This document shows positions 23,754 to 36,654 of a stretch of DNA of 64,000 nucleotides, piece by piece. A program made the position numbers and the translations under genes. The notes under the pieces were generated by a model that worked only from the letters and a program-made list of their open reading frames with translations, searched no databases and was not told the origin of the DNA. The first letter of the stretch is position 1. The number at the start of each line of letters is the position of its first letter. This DNA comes from Selaginella moellendorffii (lineage: Eukaryota; Plantae; Lycopodiophyta): positions 124,001 through 188,000 of the forward strand of contig NW_003314409.1 of NCBI RefSeq assembly GCF_000143415.4, written 5' to 3'.

Positions 23754-24734
23754 ATGGCGTCCGTTGGAGCGCTTGGAATCGGGCTTAGCATTGTCTTTGG
23801 CGTCTTTCTTGTGCTGCTACTGGCGGAGCTCTACTATCTCCTCTTCTGGAAGCGCAGATCTCTCATTGCGAGCTCGCGCGTCACGAGCGCCAGCGTCGCG
23901 CCGAATGATCCTTCTCGACCAGAGGTGGTAATGGGGGAAGGAGGAGGAGGAGGATCGAGCGAGACGGCGTTCGTGGCCAAGATGTTCGAGAGCCGCGGGC
24001 TTGGATCGCAGATTGGGATGATGCTGGATGGGGGCGAGTGTGTTCTTGCGCCGCCCAGGCTGCTCTTCACGATCAAGGAGGAGGCGCGGGAGGATCTCGT
24101 GGACTCCGCCGAGGACGCGCTCAAATCCTCGTCCATCCGGCTCAAGCGCGGGGGTGCCGGGCACGTCGTGGTGGAGGTGATCCAGCCCGACGTTCCGGAT
24201 GTCCGCGAGCGCGAGAGAGGGCTTCTCCACGTTTGCTCCTCGTCGTCGTGCGAGGAATCTGGGAGCTCCTCCTCGTCTGGGGCATCGGAAGATCAGGACT
24301 TGGGCGATCATCGCCCAGCAGCGGCGGCGACAGAGATTTCTCTCGCGGTGGATCGTCCCCCACTCCCGGCATCCGCGGTGGTGGATGTGATCGAGGAAGA
24401 GGAAGAGATGTCCTCCGCGACGCCATTCGTGACGCCGCCATCGTCTCCAGCATTCTCCACGCCCCCCTCGTCGCCCGATCGCCCCCAGATGTGGGCGAGG
24501 CCACCGCCACCACCGCGGCCGCCGCGATTGTCGTACGAATCGCCGCCATCGCCACCGCTGCTGCCAATGCCGGTGCCTGTGTCGAGCGACGCTCCTCCCG
24601 CGGCAATGACGCCATTGTCAGTGTCCTCTTCCTCGCCGGGCAGGAGGAGCAGCAGCAGAGCCACTGCCAGCGCTTGCAGCAGGGATTCCTTCTCGTCCGC
24701 CGCGGCGATGCGATCGTCCCGGCAATCCCCATGA
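23754..24734 (+). CDS. Uncharacterised single-pass membrane protein with Ser/Pro-rich tail
   Basis: N-terminal TM LSIVFGVFLVLLLAELYYLLFWKR; PRLLFTIKEE and TPFVTPPSSP motifs typical of a conserved plant family. Confidence 0.75.
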   Translation: MASVGALGIGLSIVFGVFLVLLLAELYYLLFWKRRSLIASSRVTSASVAPNDPSRPEVVMGEGGGGGSSETAFVAKMFESRGLGSQIGMMLDGGECVLAPPRLLFTIKEEAREDLVDSAEDALKSSSIRLKRGGAGHVVVEVIQPDVPDVRERERGLLHVCSSSSCEESGSSSSSGASEDQDLGDHRPAAAATEISLAVDRPPLPASAVVDVIEEEEEMSSATPFVTPPSSPAFSTPPSSPDRPQMWARPPPPPRPPRLSYESPPSPPLLPMPVPVSSDAPPAAMTPLSVSSSSPGRRSSSRATASACSRDSFSSAAAMRSSRQSP

Positions 24735-25229
24735 GCGATCGATCGCCAGTGCCGGCCTACTCGATCGATTCGATCGAGGGTAGGGAGGGATCGCTCCACA
24801 CATCCATTACAACAGTGATCGATTTGGACGAGAAGGGAAGGAATGACCGATCTGGACGAGAAGGAAGGAGGAATCTCGGCGATTTGTTTGACGTGATTGA
24901 TCTTGACAATGTTGGTTGTTTTTCTTCGCAAAAGGAGAAATAGCATAGCTACTCTACGAGGCGAGCGAGCTTTATAGTAGCTAGTGTACAGATTACTACT
25001 AGTACTATACCTAGGAAAGACGCTCTTTACGTTAATTCCTCTCTTGTTCCCTGGGCCCTCTCCCTCCCCTGGTTGATCCTCGCATAGGACAAAATCATGT
25101 TGTCGCCTGCTAAGCTACAGTCAACTTTAGTCAACTCTAGTAAACGATACGTCTAAAATTACCGTTAGAAGTCAAGTCAATCAGTCCAGATAAGTAGTCA
25201 ATCCTACTCAGTCAACGGACGCTGAATGG

Positions 25230-26755
25230 TCAATGCGCGAGCTTTCTAATGGACGCGATGGTTCCCACAATGGCGAGCACCACGCCGGCCACGCCGGATA
25301 GCACAGTCAACGCGAGCTCGTGCCGGGGTGCCCTCTGGGTACCGAAGATCTTCACGAAAAAGATGGCTGGCAGGATGACGCAGGTGGTAACGCTGATGCC
25401 CGACCCGATCAACGCTACCGTCGTCTCGAACGCCGGGACCGCCAGCGCCAGCAGCAGCACCACCGCCATGATCGCGCTCCTCACCAAGACGCTGCTCCAG
25501 CTCCGCCAGGCTCCGTCACCGCCACCGCCGCCGCCGGAGAGCGATGGTGGCGACGGAATGAGAGATTCCATGTGTACTGCCAGGGTATTGACGACGAGCG
25601 CGTACTTGGTGAGAGGGATGAGCACTACCAGGAACAGCACCAGCTTGGCCACCGCGAGCTCCTTGGGCAGGCTGAGAGTCACCTGGGACTGGATCGAGGA
25701 GCCAAACATGGTGGCGCCCGCGATCGCCACCACCACGTAGATCAGCGTCGCGATGGAGAAGCTTAGAGCAGCCACCTGCGAGATGAGACGATCAGATGGT
25801 TCTTTAGAACCTTTCCCGATCGATGGAGAGCTTCTAAAGAGAAAGTTCGTCACCTTTGGGTACTGCGATGGATCTTTCATGGAGCTGTAGATCCTGGGAA
25901 GGATCACGTGTCCCGAGTAGCAAAATGCGTAGAGGCCAGCGACTTCGGCGAGCTTTGTCGGATTCACGAGCGCGATCGAGTGGTGGAATCCAATCCCGTC
26001 GACTATCCCGGCCCAGAGAACTCCCAGGACGATGATCAAGTAAGTTGCGATTCCACCCAGCGAGACATACGAGAGCCAGCTCAAGTCTCTCACCCAGATG
26101 ATCGGAAGAACCGCGAGCACGCCGGCGATGGGGAGGAACTGCGTAGGCGCGAGCTCCAGCCACGGGAGATGGACACCTGCGTGTGGGAAGATCCTGACTA
26201 AGTTGTCACGCAACGAGATTGTGAAGCCCACCAGCGATCCCAGGATCTCCAAGTCAACGATCGCGGCGACGAAGGTCCGCCCGGTTCTCCCGAACGCCAG
26301 AGCTGCGACTTGCTGGAAGGTGGATGTTCCAGGTTTGCTTCCAAGGCATCGGGCGAGGATGTAGGCCGTGTAGCAAAAGATTGCGCCGCACGAGAAGAGG
26401 ACGATCAGGCCGAGCCATCCGCCATTGTGGAGAGAGTATGGACACGAGAGCATCCCCAGACCTGGAAGAAGCAAGCGATTAATCGAAGAGAGACAGGAGA
26501 AATTCGAGAAGAAGAGGAGGACTTTTGGAATTTCTCCGGGAAAAGGAAGTGCAGAGAGCAATCGAGAAGATCTAGCAATCGAGGAAGGAGCGAGCTATAA
26601 TTACCAACGAGAGTTCCTACGTTGTTGAAAAGCGCTTGGAAGAAGGAGCTTCGTCCTTGTTCTTCTTGCAATTCATCGCCATGCTCGAGATCTTGCGGGA
26701 CGAGGAGGGGCTCCTTCGACCCACATTCCATAATTTCTCTATGCCCTAATTCCAT
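25230..26755 (-). CDS. AVT1-family amino acid transporter (3 exons: ~26755-26605, 26461-25854, 25775-25230)
   Basis: SSFFQALFNNVGTLVGLGMLSCPY, YAFCYSGH, SQVTLSLP; multiple TM helices. Confidence 0.9.
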
Positions 26756-26803
26756 GGCAAAATATTTAGCTCTGTCCCCATTCTAGGGCTTGGCGAGGCG
26801 GGC

Positions 26804-27380
26804 ATGGCGAGCGCGCCCAGCGATGGAGCTCCTCCTCCCGCGACACAGCAATCCAGCGGCGGAATCCCATCATCCGCAGCTCCAGCAACGGTAGGATCGG
26901 CTGCCTCGGCGTCTGCGCCATCGCCGGCCGCCTCTGGATCAGGGCCGCCGCCCGGATCTCAGCTCCCAGTCGCGACGCAATCGGCAGTTCCGATCCCTCA
27001 GGCGGCTACATCGGTGGGGGGACTGGGATCGCCAGGACTGATGGCCGGGCAGCAGCAAAATCCCGCGGTGGGATCGCAGCCTCCAGGTCAGAATTTCTCT
27101 TCGCTCCAGCCCCAGCAGCAGCAGCAGCTCATCCAGAACGCGGTCTACCAGCAAAAGATGCGGCAGAGGGTGATGGTTCCACAGCAGCAGCAAGCTCCTC
27201 GCGGCGTGGCTGCTGGGAGGCCTTCCCAGGCGCCGGCGCCCACCAGCAACGTCTACTCGCAAGCGGTGTCGTCGCCCATCGGTGGTGGCGCCGCCGCCAC
27301 CTCCATGCAGCAGCAGCTTGCGCAGAGGATAAGCTCGCAGCAAAGGCCGCAGCAGATGGCCGCGCAGAATGGGCAGACCA

Positions 27381-27415
<35 letters not shown>

Positions 27416-28921
27416 GCCAGCGCTCTCAGCGCCACCGCGATTCGATCTTCCATGTATCCCTCGCAGACCACCAACATGCAGCAGTACATGACGCAGCAGG
27501 GATTGCGGCATCCATCCATGCTCAATGGCCAGGCTTCAACAATGCAAGTAAGTTCTTCCTTTTTTCTCTATTTAGTGTTCTTTCTTTCCCTTGTTTTTTC
27601 TCTTGTGTTTTTCCCGAATTCTCTCTCTCTCTCTTTTTTTTCCACTAGGTATTTTGGTAGTTCTTATTCTTTGCAAGTTTGTGATTCACTGCTTTAATAT
27701 TGATCGTCCTGATTTGGAACTCTCTTATAGCAGGTGAGGCAAAAGCAAGCGCAAGCACAATTCCAGCCAGCAGGGATTCAGGGGCTGCACCAGATGATGA
27801 GTCCTCTCGGGAGACCCTCCGGAATGCTCCAAGCGCAACGAGCACAAGGCAACGTTCGTGCGCAGCAGCAGCAGCAACAACAGCCGCAGCAGCAGCAGCC
27901 GCAGCAGCAGCTAACTTCTCCTCAGGTAGATGCGAGTTTTTCTTTTACGGATGATAACTTTGATCATGGTCTTCAGAGGTTGCAATCCGGCCAGGTTGCA
28001 AGAGCGCCATCTCCTGCACAGCTTGCTTATCAGATGCAAACGCCCCTGCAGCAGCAGCAGCAGCAGCAACCGTGGTCCAAACAGCTTTCCGCTGCGCAGT
28101 ATCAGCACTTGAGGCCAGTCCAGCAATTATCTCCACAGCAGTTTCAACAGCAGCAGCAGCAGCAGCAATTAAGACAGCTCCAGAGGCCTCTAGTGTCCCC
28201 GGGTGCCAATTTTAATCCTCAGGCTGCTGGAACACCGGCGCCAGTTAACCAGCCACCGGAGCCAACCAACAGAATCCTGGGCAAGCGGAGCATTCAGGAG
28301 CTTGTCACGCAGGTACATGCAATGCTTTCTTCTCGCTTGTGACAAACCTTTTCATTCCGTTTCCTTTTCTTTCAGGTGGATGCCAAAGAGAAGCTTGAGC
28401 CGGAAGTGGAGGATGCTTTGCTGGAGATAGCCGACGATTTCATCGAAACGGTATACAGCAATACATTTTTGCTGGAAGCCTTCTAATCTTCCTCTTCCAT
28501 TCGGTGGAATCAGGTGACGACGTTCGCCTGTGCTCTTGCAAAGCATAGAAAATCTACGGTTTTGGAAGCCAAGGACGTGCTTTTGCACTTAGGTACGGCC
28601 GAGCTCTCTCACAGGGAGTAACTTTAACTCTGTGCCTGGGGATTTGCAGAGAGGAACTGGCGAATCACACTTCCGGGCTTTGGTGGCGAAGAGTACAGAA
28701 CGTACAAGAAACCCGTAAGCGCAATCTTCGTTTTTTCAGTGTATTAAGACGATGGAGATTTGCAGGTAGCTAGCGACGTCCACAAACAGCGCTTGGCAGT
28801 GATCAAAAAGTCACAAGCGGCCTCACCAGCAGAACCAAAAGCCGCCATCGGCAGTCCTCCAGGAATGAAACTGCCTGCTGCGTCGCCAATCCAGTCTCCT
28901 CCTGGATCCAGAATGGGATAG
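26804..28921 (+). CDS. TAF12: TBP-associated factor 12 (polyQ N-terminus, histone fold)
   Basis: Spliced [15 protein letters not shown]...[15 protein letters not shown]...ALAKHRKS...LHLERNW. Confidence 0.92.
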
Positions 28922-29074
28922 ACACCCAAATTTTTCTTCTCCTGTAAACTAACACAGTGATCTGTATAGAGAACTCCCGCCAGGACGATTGTGATGGAAG
29001 TTCTTTGCCGGAAACGATGTAAATCCCCCGAGCCTGAGGCAGTTAAGAGGCTGATAGAAAAAGCTTCCCGCAAG

Positions 29075-29900
29075 CTAGTCTCGTCGCTGGGAGAAAACCT
29101 TCGGTTTGAGCTTGTGAACTAGTAGCGGTACGATGAAAGCTGCCACGAACGCTGCGAGGAACGGATCTTAGCAAAGAATAAAAGGTAAGCTTGCCGAGAA
29201 CCTATGTATGTGACTGTGGCTCCCGAGGCTGCCCTTCCAACAGCAGCTGCCAAGTACAAGAAAACCACAACCTGGGATTCATAGAGATCAATGAGATGTT
29301 GTCAAGGCAAAGACAATGACAAAGAAACAAATACGATCATAGAGATCACGAGATGTTGTCAAGCCAAAGACAAGGAAGAAATACCTTGAAGAAAAGCTTG
29401 TAATCGGAGCCACTAGCTGCCACTCGGAGGACTCCCTCAGTAGCGCCAACCGTGTTGGCAATGCATGCCGCGATGGAGGTCGCACACTCTTCCGAGACTT
29501 GCCACTCGAGAGGATCGACCGGGACCCTGGAAGAGAAAACGATGAGTTCTTCAAGCTCTAAGAAAAGGAGACAAACAATCGCGCGAGGAGTAGCCAAAGT
29601 GATTTGTATCATCGCAAAGAAAATTGGAGATGCAAGCACTTACGCGATGTTGAAATTCCGGAACGCCAGGCCCAGAATCGCGAGCGACGAGACCAGAACG
29701 ATGACAACATCGCAGGTCAGCGACACGAGGCTGCAATTCCTGGCCGTGCAGTGGTAATACAGGAGGCTGCCGCAAGCGAGCACCAGCGCCGATAACCCTG
29801 GCCTCTTCCACAGCAGCAGCGATCGCAATGGTGAAATCTCCGCCATGGCGCTGGCGCTGGCGCCGCCGCCGCCGCCACTGCTGCCGCCGCATTCGTTCAT
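29075..29900 (-). CDS. Reticulon-like protein (RTNLB22/23-like, multi-exon)
   Basis: LLLWKRP, LYYHC, PVDPLEWQVS, ANTVGATEGVLRVAASG. Confidence 0.85.
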
Positions 29901-29960
29901 CCGCCCCGGATCCACAAACCCTAAAAATCCATCCCCACGCGCAAGAACAAGGAAGAAGAT

Positions 29961-31976
29961 TTAAAGCGCCAACTCCTGTTCATCCGAGAGCATATTCGAG
30001 ATGAGAATGTAGGGAGATTCCACGTCCGTACATGGCTGGCCCAGCGCCATGGCAGCCACGCGGTTGGCCCGTACGACGTCCATATGAACCCTACACGCGC
30101 CCAAGATCATCGTCCACGCCACCTCCACCGGCTCGTAGGGCATGGCGGCGATGAGCTCCTCCGCGCGATCGATCTTCCCAGCGCGCGCCAGGAGATCCAC
30201 CATGCATCGAAAGTGCTCGTCGCTTGGATCCACGCCGTGATCGCCGATCATCGAGTGGAAATTCTCGCGCGCCTCGCGAAGGCGGCCCTGGTGGCTGCAC
30301 GAGTAGAAGAGGCACTGGAAGCTCACCTGGGAAAGCGCTATGGCGTCCAAGGCGGCGGCGCGGAGGATCTCCACGGCGGCGGCGTGGCGGCCGTGGTGCG
30401 CGTAAGCTCCCGCCATGGCGTTCCAGCACACCACGTCCTTGCGCGGGATGGCAGCGAAGATCTCGCTCGCGACCGCGAGGCTGCCGCATTTGCCGTAGAG
30501 ATTGACGAGCACGGATCCAAGCACCGCGTCTGGAGTGATCCCCAGCGCCGCGATCATCTCCTGGTGGATGTGCGCGCCCTCCTTGATCGATCCCAGGCTC
30601 GCGCACGCGTCCAGCGCGCTGATTAGCGCGACGCGATTGAGATCCAGGCCCTCGAGCCGCGTGTGGCGAAAGAGATCCAGCGCTTCTCTTCCCCGCCCCC
30701 TCTCCGTGAGCGCTGTGATCATCACTGTCCACGAGAACATGTCCCGCGACTCCATCCGCGAGAAGATCTCCGCCGCCTCGTCGATCCACCCGGCGTTGAG
30801 ATACATCTTCACGATCGAGGTCTGGAGCACCACTCCCAGCGGTGATCCCGCCGCCGCGAGCTCCAGATAGATCGCGCGGCCGCGCTCCAGCGTGGCGCGG
30901 TCGTGGAGCGAGCTAAGAACCCTAGCGAAGGTCCCTTCGTCGGGAAGGATCTCGCGTGCCCGCATTTGCTGGATCAGCTCCAGCGCGCGATCGCCGCGGC
31001 CGGTCTGGGCGTAGACCGTGATCATCGCGTTGTAGAGACCGAGATCGGGGCGATCGATCGCCTGGAACGCGCGCTCGGCATCGCCCACGCTACCGCATCG
31101 CCCATACATGGCCACGATCTCGGCGCCAGTGGCGGGATCGATCGCTCCAGCGGCGAATTCGAGGATCTGGGCGTGCGCGATCCTGCCCTGGGCGAGATCG
31201 CCAGCGCCGGAGCACGCATCTAGCACCGAGCTAAACGTAATATCGTTTGGCATGACTCCTTCGAGCGCCATAGCCCGGAAGAGCCCTAGCGCGCGGGCGT
31301 GATCCCCGCGCTGGACGAACCCCGCGATGAGCGACGTCCACGCGATCACGCCGCGATCGAGCATGGCATCGAAGACCTCCATCGCGTCGCCGAGGCTGCC
31401 GCATCGCGCGTACATGTTGACGAGGCTGTTCTCCACCACGGCGTTGATCCGGAGGCCCTGGTGGACGATCCTGGCGTGCATCCATCGCCCCAGCGCGAGG
31501 TCTCGCGAGCTCGCGGCGATGCCGATCACCGCCGCGCAGGGGAAGATCGTGGGCTTGATCCCTTGCAGCTCCATCTTCCGGAAGAAGAACAGTGCCTCGA
31601 GCAAATGCCCATTCTGGGCAAACGCTACCACGAGAATCGTCCACGAGAAAGCGTTTGGGTTGGCGATGGATTGGAACGCCGCCATCGCTCGCGAGAGATC
31701 CCCGAGCTTGCCATACATTTCTATGGTAAGATTTGCCAGAAGTCTCTCGCGGCCGAGGCCGATCGCGAGGATGCGTTGGTGGAGGAGATTGGCATCGTGG
31801 GCATTTGTGTTGGTGCCGCATTCCCGGATCGCGCTGGCCAGGAGATCGCAGCGCTCGTCGTGATCTTGCGCTGCCTCTGCACGATCGAGCAGGCCCTGGA
31901 CGAGGGCGCTTCGCAGAGATGAGTAGCTCCGAGTGACCGATGGGAAGATCCAATTCTTCTTTCGTCCCAAGATCAT
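29961..31976 (-). CDS. PLS-class PPR protein, E subgroup (~671 aa, intronless)
   Basis: PLS motifs, SCSHQG, HFRCMVDLLARAG, PYILISN; no DYW. Confidence 0.92.
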   Translation of the reverse strand: MILGRKKNWIFPSVTRSYSSLRSALVQGLLDRAEAAQDHDERCDLLASAIRECGTNTNAHDANLLHQRILAIGLGRERLLANLTIEMYGKLGDLSRAMAAFQSIANPNAFSWTILVVAFAQNGHLLEALFFFRKMELQGIKPTIFPCAAVIGIAASSRDLALGRWMHARIVHQGLRINAVVENSLVNMYARCGSLGDAMEVFDAMLDRGVIAWTSLIAGFVQRGDHARALGLFRAMALEGVMPNDITFSSVLDACSGAGDLAQGRIAHAQILEFAAGAIDPATGAEIVAMYGRCGSVGDAERAFQAIDRPDLGLYNAMITVYAQTGRGDRALELIQQMRAREILPDEGTFARVLSSLHDRATLERGRAIYLELAAAGSPLGVVLQTSIVKMYLNAGWIDEAAEIFSRMESRDMFSWTVMITALTERGRGREALDLFRHTRLEGLDLNRVALISALDACASLGSIKEGAHIHQEMIAALGITPDAVLGSVLVNLYGKCGSLAVASEIFAAIPRKDVVCWNAMAGAYAHHGRHAAAVEILRAAALDAIALSQVSFQCLFYSCSHQGRLREARENFHSMIGDHGVDPSDEHFRCMVDLLARAGKIDRAEELIAAMPYEPVEVAWTMILGACRVHMDVVRANRVAAMALGQPCTDVESPYILISNMLSDEQELAL

Positions 31977-32128
31977 CAAGCTATGGGTCTTGCGATGATA
32001 GTGCCAAGTTTCCAGGAAGTTTTTCTTTCTTCTTAGCTCCTCTCAAGTAAAATTTCTTGCCAAATTCTCGGCACTGAGATCTAAATCATGTGTAGGCTAC
32101 TCTCTTTCGCGATTCTCTTACCACCATT

Positions 32129-33483
32129 CTATACATTCTCCTCCGCGGCGTTCGCGTTCTCGTTCTCCCTGGGATTATCGTTTAGCCTCTCTTCCAGCGC
32201 CCGAGCCCCGCGTTCCCTGTATGAAATGAACTTCCTGAGAACTCCACCACTACGAGAAATCTGATTTACCTTCGTCTTGAGGCTTCGATCGGATCCGATC
32301 CAGGCAGAGGTCCACTGCCATCGCCGCGATCGTCTTCCAAGTTTGCAGTGCTTTGATTCCTACGCCCGCACCAAAGCTTGTCGCAAAACGTCGCAACTGG
32401 ATACACGACTGGCCTGATGGAAAATCAAAACCAGAAGTGAATGAAAGATGGGTTGCGTGATTCTCAGTTACCTCATGAACTGCGGGAAGAAAGTCGAGAA
32501 CGCGAACTCGTCGCTGGAGTCGCCTTTCACGTTCTTGGCCTCGGGTTTGGTTTGATGGTATCGCAAGTAAATCCAGCTGATATAAGTTCCAGGAATGATG
32601 TAAGGGGCAGCGAGGAACGCATCCGGGACGACCAAGTAGAGTACTGCGAAGAATGCGACGAGCAAGGATGGAAACCACTGCACAAAAGCCAGACAGACGT
32701 TTCAACTTCTATAGTTCTAGAAGATATTCAGAGAACACCTTTGCACGTAGCTTGATTTTTGGGAGCTCGTAATCGGGCATAAGTTGCTTCACCGCAACGA
32801 GAAACCCTGCAAGCACTCCAGAGAATCCAGAGATTGGCACATACCTGAAAGGAAAGACGACGACTCAAAACCGGAGAGAAAAGAAAGAAGAAAAACTGAC
32901 AAGTATTTCCCCTGGCTCGTAACGTAGTACAAGAACACCGAGAGGGCAAAAGTGGTGATCGTAGTGAAGAAATTGACAAGGATGATGAACAGGGACATTC
33001 CTCTCGACGTCCATATAGGTTCCAGCAATTTCCCGAAGAAGACTATCCCAAGAACACTAGAAACAAGCTGCAATGATCCAACGTAGAAGCCAGTGTCAGT
33101 GACTGGAATCGACGAAAAGTCCTAGCACTGCGCTTACTTACACCCAGAAAAGTGTGCTCGAAGTAACCGGCAGTGACAACATTCCACGCGAATGGTATTG
33201 TTCTGGCGAATGGATCCCAGATCGTCAGCACGAAAGAAGCAAAGCAAGATAGAATTCCTCACCTCCCGGGAACCAATGCGAGGTACTCCACAGTCCAGGG
33301 AAGAACAAGCGCTAGAACATACCCCGTCGCAAATACCAGCGCCAGGCCTTTGGACAGGCGCGTGGATCCAAACAGCGACCAAGCTCCCTGGATGCAAATT
33401 ACGCAAATGCTGCTATAGATCTAGCGAAAAATGCGAGAGATCGAGAGATATTTCTTCCTTACATCGCCAGACGCTAGCGCCAT
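32129..33483 (-). CDS. Rhomboid-like protein 19 / TMEM115 (DUF1751) family (multi-exon)
   Basis: TRLSKGLALV, TIPFAWNVVTAGY, GKLLEPIW, SWIYLRY, GDSSDEFAFSTFFP. Confidence 0.88.
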
Positions 33484-33617
33484 CGCTGTCTCGCAGCCCG
33501 GGAGCCCTAAGATGAGAATGGGCCATGGCCTAAATTTTTTCAAGTAGTAGACAACTTGGACGCTCTCCAAGGGTTTGTGTTATGCTGGGAGGAAACGCTG
33601 GAGTAGGGTTTGGGGAG

Positions 33618-35050
33618 ATGGCCGCGAATGCGATGCTGGACAGGCGGCGCGAGATGGCCACCGCCGAGCAGCTAGTGCTGGAGCTCATCGTCCCGGAGCA
33701 GCGGGAGAACGCGCTCCTGGATTTGTCCAAGGTAAGATTGGATTGCGCCGGCATTCTTCTCCTCCGGGATTCTGAGCTCCATGGCTTGTTGCAGAAGAGG
33801 GAGTCCTTCCAGGAGCTCGCTCCGATGCTGTGGTACTCGTGCGGGACAATCGCGGCGCTCTTGCAGGTGTGGGTTTTTTTTTTCCTTCTTCTTCTACTTC
33901 TTCTAGTTTGTAAGCTCTTAGAACACTACCTACAGGAGATTGTATCTATTTATCCAATGCTTTCGCCTCCAACCTTGACGGCTGGTGCTTCGAATCGCGT
34001 TTGCAACGCTCTGGCTCTTCTCCAGGTCTGTGCTCTTGTTTTTCTCTTCACTTCGGTGACAATGTATCAATCCTCACGACCATGTTTTGTGTCCAGTGCG
34101 TGGCTTCGCATCCGGAAACGCGGACTCTCTTTCTCAACGGTGAGACCCAAACAACTTTTCGATCGTGTTCTTCGTCTCGTGACTTTGGTGCGGTCATTGT
34201 TTGCAGCACATATTCCATTGTATTTGTATCCTTTCTTGAACACCGTCAGCAAGTCGCGACCATTTGAGTACTTGCGTCTCACTAGCCTTGGCGTTATCGG
34301 TGCTTTAGTAAAGGTAAGCAAGGGACTCTTCTAAAGTGGTTCTTTTCGTGCGATGGATGACACACGAACCTCTTGCAGGTTGATGATACTGACGTGATCA
34401 ACTTCCTGCTGTCGACTGAAATCATCCCACTTTGCCTGCGTACTATGGAAATGGGCAGCGAGCTCTCCAAGACGGTTCTCTCTCTTTTTTAAAAAGTTTT
34501 CTCCTGCTACTCCAGCACTGAAATGTTGCTCCGTCACTGCAGGTCGCGACTTTCATCGTCCAGAAGATTCTGCTGGATGATGTAGGGCTCGCATACATTT
34601 GTGCAACGGCCGAGAGATTCTTCGCCGTGAGTGCAGTTCTAGGAAACATGGTACAGGCTCTTGCAGAAACACCGTCGTCTCGCCTGCTCAAGCACATCAT
34701 CCGTTGCTATCTCCGTCTATCAGACAATCCCAGGTACCTCTTTTGCGCAGGATTTGACGTTTTGTAACCTCTCGCCTTGGCCGGCACAGGGCTTGTGAGG
34801 CGTTAAAGACGTGCCTTCCAGAGTATCTCCGCGACAACACCTTCAGCAATTGCTTACGGGTAAGCAAGAGCTTTGAGACTTTTCGTTTAGAGCGTAAGAT
34901 CAAGTTTCCTTCCAGGAGGATGCTGGAACTCGGCGATGGTTGACACAACTCCTGATCAACGTCGGGGTTGCTCCTCTCCATCCCCAGCGAGTTCCCGGGG
35001 GCATCCCAGGCGCGCCTTTGAGTGCCATGGAGCAGCTACTAACCGGGTAA
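33618..35050 (+). CDS. NOT9: CCR4-NOT subunit 9 (CAF40/Rcd1), multi-exon
   Basis: [51 protein letters not shown]. Confidence 0.95.
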
Positions 35051-35946
35051 ACACACACACACACAACTTAAGAGGCTTAAGAACATCGGAGGAAAGGAAC
35101 ACAGGGCGGTACTTACACTGGGAGAGAGCGGCAAAATCTCGCTTCTCCCGCAAGGAAACAAGGCGATATCAGATCATCAGTCTGTCTTGACAACGAAAGT
35201 TTTGGAGTGACGCTGCTGCTGCTGTTGCTGCTGCGGCGGATTAAATTAACGCGTTCTAAGTGGGGAAGACTCGTTCGGTCGTGTACCATAGCATGGCGGA
35301 TTCAAAGCTCGGTGATGGTGAAAAAAATAATTTTGGAGGGGACGTGGCAGAGAGCTCGTTTCCCTGGGACAAAAAAACGTTTTTTTTTATGCTGTGACAG
35401 TGGCTCTCGTGGAGCAAAACCATACGATGTAAGAAGTAAAAAATAAGATGGAAAGAAGGCTCGATTCTACTATAGGCCTAGTTTTTGATTAAATTATCAA
35501 GCTACATTGATTTGCACACCCACCAGCCATATGTGATCCCGAAAGAACGACGAAAACGCAACCATAGCGGGGAGAAACAAAACTCTCAAGAACACCTCCT
35601 ACATGGAAAGAGCCAAGGAAAAAAGGACCACCAAAACACACGTAGTAGAAAACGAGAGGAGGCTTTTAGCGGCGAGGAGCGAGAAAGAAAGCGAAGTAAA
35701 GAAAAAAGAAAAAAGAACCTTGAAAAAACCAATAGAGATTTGATCGAGCTCCAAGCTGTGGAGCTCGATCGATCGAGAAACACCTCCTTTCTCTCACAAC
35801 ATTTTTTTTTTGTTTTGTTTTCTCTCTTTTGCTGCCTCTCCGCTGCTCGATCTTCTTCGTTATGAACAAGGCCACACGATGGATGAAAAGAACCAACCTT
35901 AGAAACTCTGATGATCTTGTGCTCGCTCGCTCGCTCGCTCGCTCGC

Positions 35947-36654
35947 TTAGATCTTTTCAATCTTGTCGGCCTTGACGACGGGATTCGCCTTGGCGATGGC
36001 CTCGCGCCCCGCGGCCTTGTAATCAAAAGAGCAATTGTGCTTGTCCGAGTACCTGTGCATGGAGCAAAACACGTCCCCGCAGCGGCACTTGAATCCGGTC
36101 AAGCCGAGGCGCTTCCGGCAAGCCAGGCAGCGATTTGGCAGCCGCGGCTTCTCCTGGGAAGCCGAGGAATCGTCCTCGGTTACCAAGGTGGTGGCGCCGG
36201 TGGCGATGGTGGTAGAAGTACGACTGGTAGCTATGGCGGCAAGAGCTTCTTCTTTCGCTGCTGGAGTAGCAGTAGCACAAGCAGCAGCAGTAGTGGTGGT
36301 GGTGGTGATCATCGTTTCCTCGAGGTGTCCGTGGTGGTGGTGTTTGCTTGGCTGGAGCTGGAGATGGTCGGTCGCCTCGTCAGCAATGGCGAGCTCGAAT
36401 TGGGCGGTGGAGGTGGCGGTGGCGGTGGCGGCGCCCTGGAGGCCCTTGATCGCGGCGATGTCGATGGCGGTGGCGGGCGACGCCGGCGACACCACCGCCG
36501 CCTTGCTGCTCGACTGCTCCCGGTAGCACTTGGAGCACAAATTCATGGTGGCCACGCTGCCAAAGAAGCCGCAATTGTTGGCGCACAGCACCGGGCCCTC
36601 GGGGAGCTGGCACCCCGCCGCCTCCTCCTCCCTCTTCCAGCTCTCTTGCGCCAT
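35947..36654 (-). CDS. A20/AN1 zinc-finger stress-associated protein
   Basis: [11 protein letters not shown]...NLCSKCY and [19 protein letters not shown]...HRYSDKHNC. Confidence 0.96.
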   Translation of the reverse strand: MAQESWKREEEAAGCQLPEGPVLCANNCGFFGSVATMNLCSKCYREQSSSKAAVVSPASPATAIDIAAIKGLQGAATATATSTAQFELAIADEATDHLQLQPSKHHHHGHLEETMITTTTTTAAACATATPAAKEEALAAIATSRTSTTIATGATTLVTEDDSSASQEKPRLPNRCLACRKRLGLTGFKCRCGDVFCSMHRYSDKHNCSFDYKAAGREAIAKANPVVKADKIEKI

